From a virus: a stretch of DNA of 64,000 bases. How positions within the stretch are numbered: the stretch's first letter is position 1; each line of letters begins with the position of its first letter. Where the stretch lies: the IMG/VR virus record IMGVR_UViG_3300048919_000048, positions 32,001 to 96,000 of that record. One strand, written 5' to 3'. The position numbers and the translations under genes are program-made. The notes below the pieces were generated by a model. It searched no databases, was not told where the DNA came from, and saw only the letters and a program-made list of their open reading frames with translations. Below, in pieces: positions 62,778 to 64,000 of the stretch.

Positions 62778-63380
62778 TTACAGTGCAGCTTTCAGATCTT
62801 CCAACATTGCATCGAAAGTCTTAGCCTTGCTCAGGGAGATTCCCAGAGTCAGGGCGTAGGATTCCAGAGCGGCCTTTGCAGCAGCTTTCTTGGTATCGTC
62901 ACGCAGAGTTTCTGCATGGGCGAGGATCTCTGCCTTTTCTTCATCAGTGCGAGAAGAAACAGCTTTTTCCTCAACTTCTTCCTTGACTTCTGACGTTGGT
63001 TCGATTACAGTTGTCTGTACCAAACCAGCGAGAGGAGAAACTTCCTCAACGTCAGGAGGGATAACGTTGGCGCGGGCCACACGGATCTCTTCGACATTCG
63101 CCAAGAATTTCTCTGGGGTCTTAGGTGTCTCATGGAAGAAAATGAGGAACGCCGCACCCTTACGGACAGAGGCGACAGTGTTGATTCCCAACGCCGTCAT
63201 TTCCTCGATCTGAGTCAGGAATTCATACAGGTTACGGCCCATGACGAGTTCATTGTCATAGGAATAAAGGAAAGGTGCCAGGCGGGCTGATGCATCTACA
63301 TCCAGTTTCGGCAGGTATTGACCGAAGAACTTCAGCATGTGATATTCGCTCTGGAACACTTCCATATGCGGTTGTGCCAT
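62778..63380 (-). CDS. Hypothetical protein downstream of capsid gene
   Basis: AAGGAG RBS; C-terminal K..LE.YA...GI.L.K.K.FD.M. Confidence 0.8.
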   Translation of the reverse strand: MAQPHMEVFQSEYHMLKFFGQYLPKLDVDASARLAPFLYSYDNELVMGRNLYEFLTQIEEMTALGINTVASVRKGAAFLIFFHETPKTPEKFLANVEEIRVARANVIPPDVEEVSPLAGLVQTTVIEPTSEVKEEVEEKAVSSRTDEEKAEILAHAETLRDDTKKAAAKAALESYALTLGISLSKAKTFDAMLEDLKAAL

Positions 63381-63466
63381 TATAGGATACTCCTTCGTTG
63401 TGAATCAAAAGCCTATCTTACAATGGTACACTATTTTGGTTAAAATGTACAGTTATACCGGAACCA

Positions 63467-63498
63467 ATAAAAAAGGCCACCCGAAGGTGACCTTTTTC
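63467..63498 (-). terminator. Rho-independent terminator after capsid gene
   Basis: AAAAAGGTCACC-TTCG-GGTGGCCTTTTTT. Confidence 0.88.
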
Positions 63499-63500
63499 AA

Positions 63501-64000
63501 TTATGCAGTGAACTTACCTGTTGACTTAACAACCAGTTCAGGACGGTTGTTTACGGTCAGGAAGGAAGTCTCAGATTCGATCTTCGCTTCACGCAGGTAG
63601 TTGGACTCTTTGAAGAACACGTACAGTTCCTGAGCCACCTGGTTTGCATCACGCAGGGTGTCGCTCGGAGCGTAGTAGATCTCGAACATACGAGAGATAC
63701 CACGTGGGAAGATATACGCTTCACCTGCCGGGATGTTACCGGAGATATCTTCGATGAACAGGATGTTCTTGTGTTCGAAGATACGGTTGTTAGCGTTACC
63801 GCCCAGACGACGACGCAGCATTTCCTGAGTGGATGGGTACTGAGAGTACGCACCAGTCACCTGTGGGTGAGCGATCAGAGCGGAGAACCACTGACGGGAC
63901 GCCAGAACGACGATCTCGTAGTTGTCACCGTTGTCACCAGCCCAGTCGATGATGTGAGCACGAGCTTCAGCTTCCAGAACCTCGATTGGGTCAACACCCA
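63501..64000 (-). CDS. Major capsid protein, 3' part (5' end outside window)
   Basis: WF.ALI.HP.V, F..YYAPSD....AN, ESETS.L.VN.RP (lambda gpE-like family); strong terminator downstream. Confidence 0.85.
   Translation of the reverse strand, partial: GVDPIEVLEAEARAHIIDWAGDNGDNYEIVVLASRQWFSALIAHPQVTGAYSQYPSTQEMLRRRLGGNANNRIFEHKNILFIEDISGNIPAGEAYIFPRGISRMFEIYYAPSDTLRDANQVAQELYVFFKESNYLREAKIESETSFLTVNNRPELVVKSTGKFTA

Noticed and set aside
1-64000. tRNA/rRNA genes, integrase, IS elements
   Set aside because: Intergenic gaps are short and explained by terminators and promoters; no cloverleaf or recombinase motif recognised by eye (tRNAscan-SE would confirm).

Overview
A 64-kb slice of a lytic myovirus genome of enterobacterial type. 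Gene content and order fit the rV5/PVP-SE1/CR3-like Vequintavirinae; this is recognition from memory, not a database search. The + strand (1-37.7 kb) is a dense early/middle block of many small hypothetical genes. It also holds a macrodomain protein, a secreted SleB-like hydrolase, a Pif1/RecD-like helicase, a T7-gp4-like primase-helicase, a Lar-like protein, a cytosine methyltransferase, HNH nucleases, a GHKL ATPase, a family-A DNA polymerase, a 2OG-Fe(II)-like protein, an Imm-like protein and a probable SSB. A bidirectional terminator at about 37.73 kb separates this from the - strand morphogenesis block: major capsid 3' end, collagen-like fibres, neck, sheath, tube, frameshifted chaperone, tape measure, baseplate, tail fibres and membrane/lysis genes. 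No tRNA, rRNA, CRISPR array or IS element was seen. Top observations: (1) the sheath N-terminal motif Y-x-D-K-[VI]-V-x-V recurs at the N-terminus of a 1093-aa collagen/foldon fibre and in the tail-terminator C-terminal extension, suggesting fibres that dock by sheath-arm mimicry; (2) lectin/propeller genes with short hydrophobic N-terminal peptides are scattered through the genome and may be interchangeable fibre tips; (3) an early 385-aa protein carries family-A polymerase motif remnants in order and may be a pseudo-polymerase or decoy; (4) an SSB-type DFDDDIPF tail is capped by a 15-aa extension; (5) several sigma70 promoters have the -10 box inside a GC-rich palindrome and the -35 box overlapping the upstream stop codon. 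All functional calls come from visual motif recognition.
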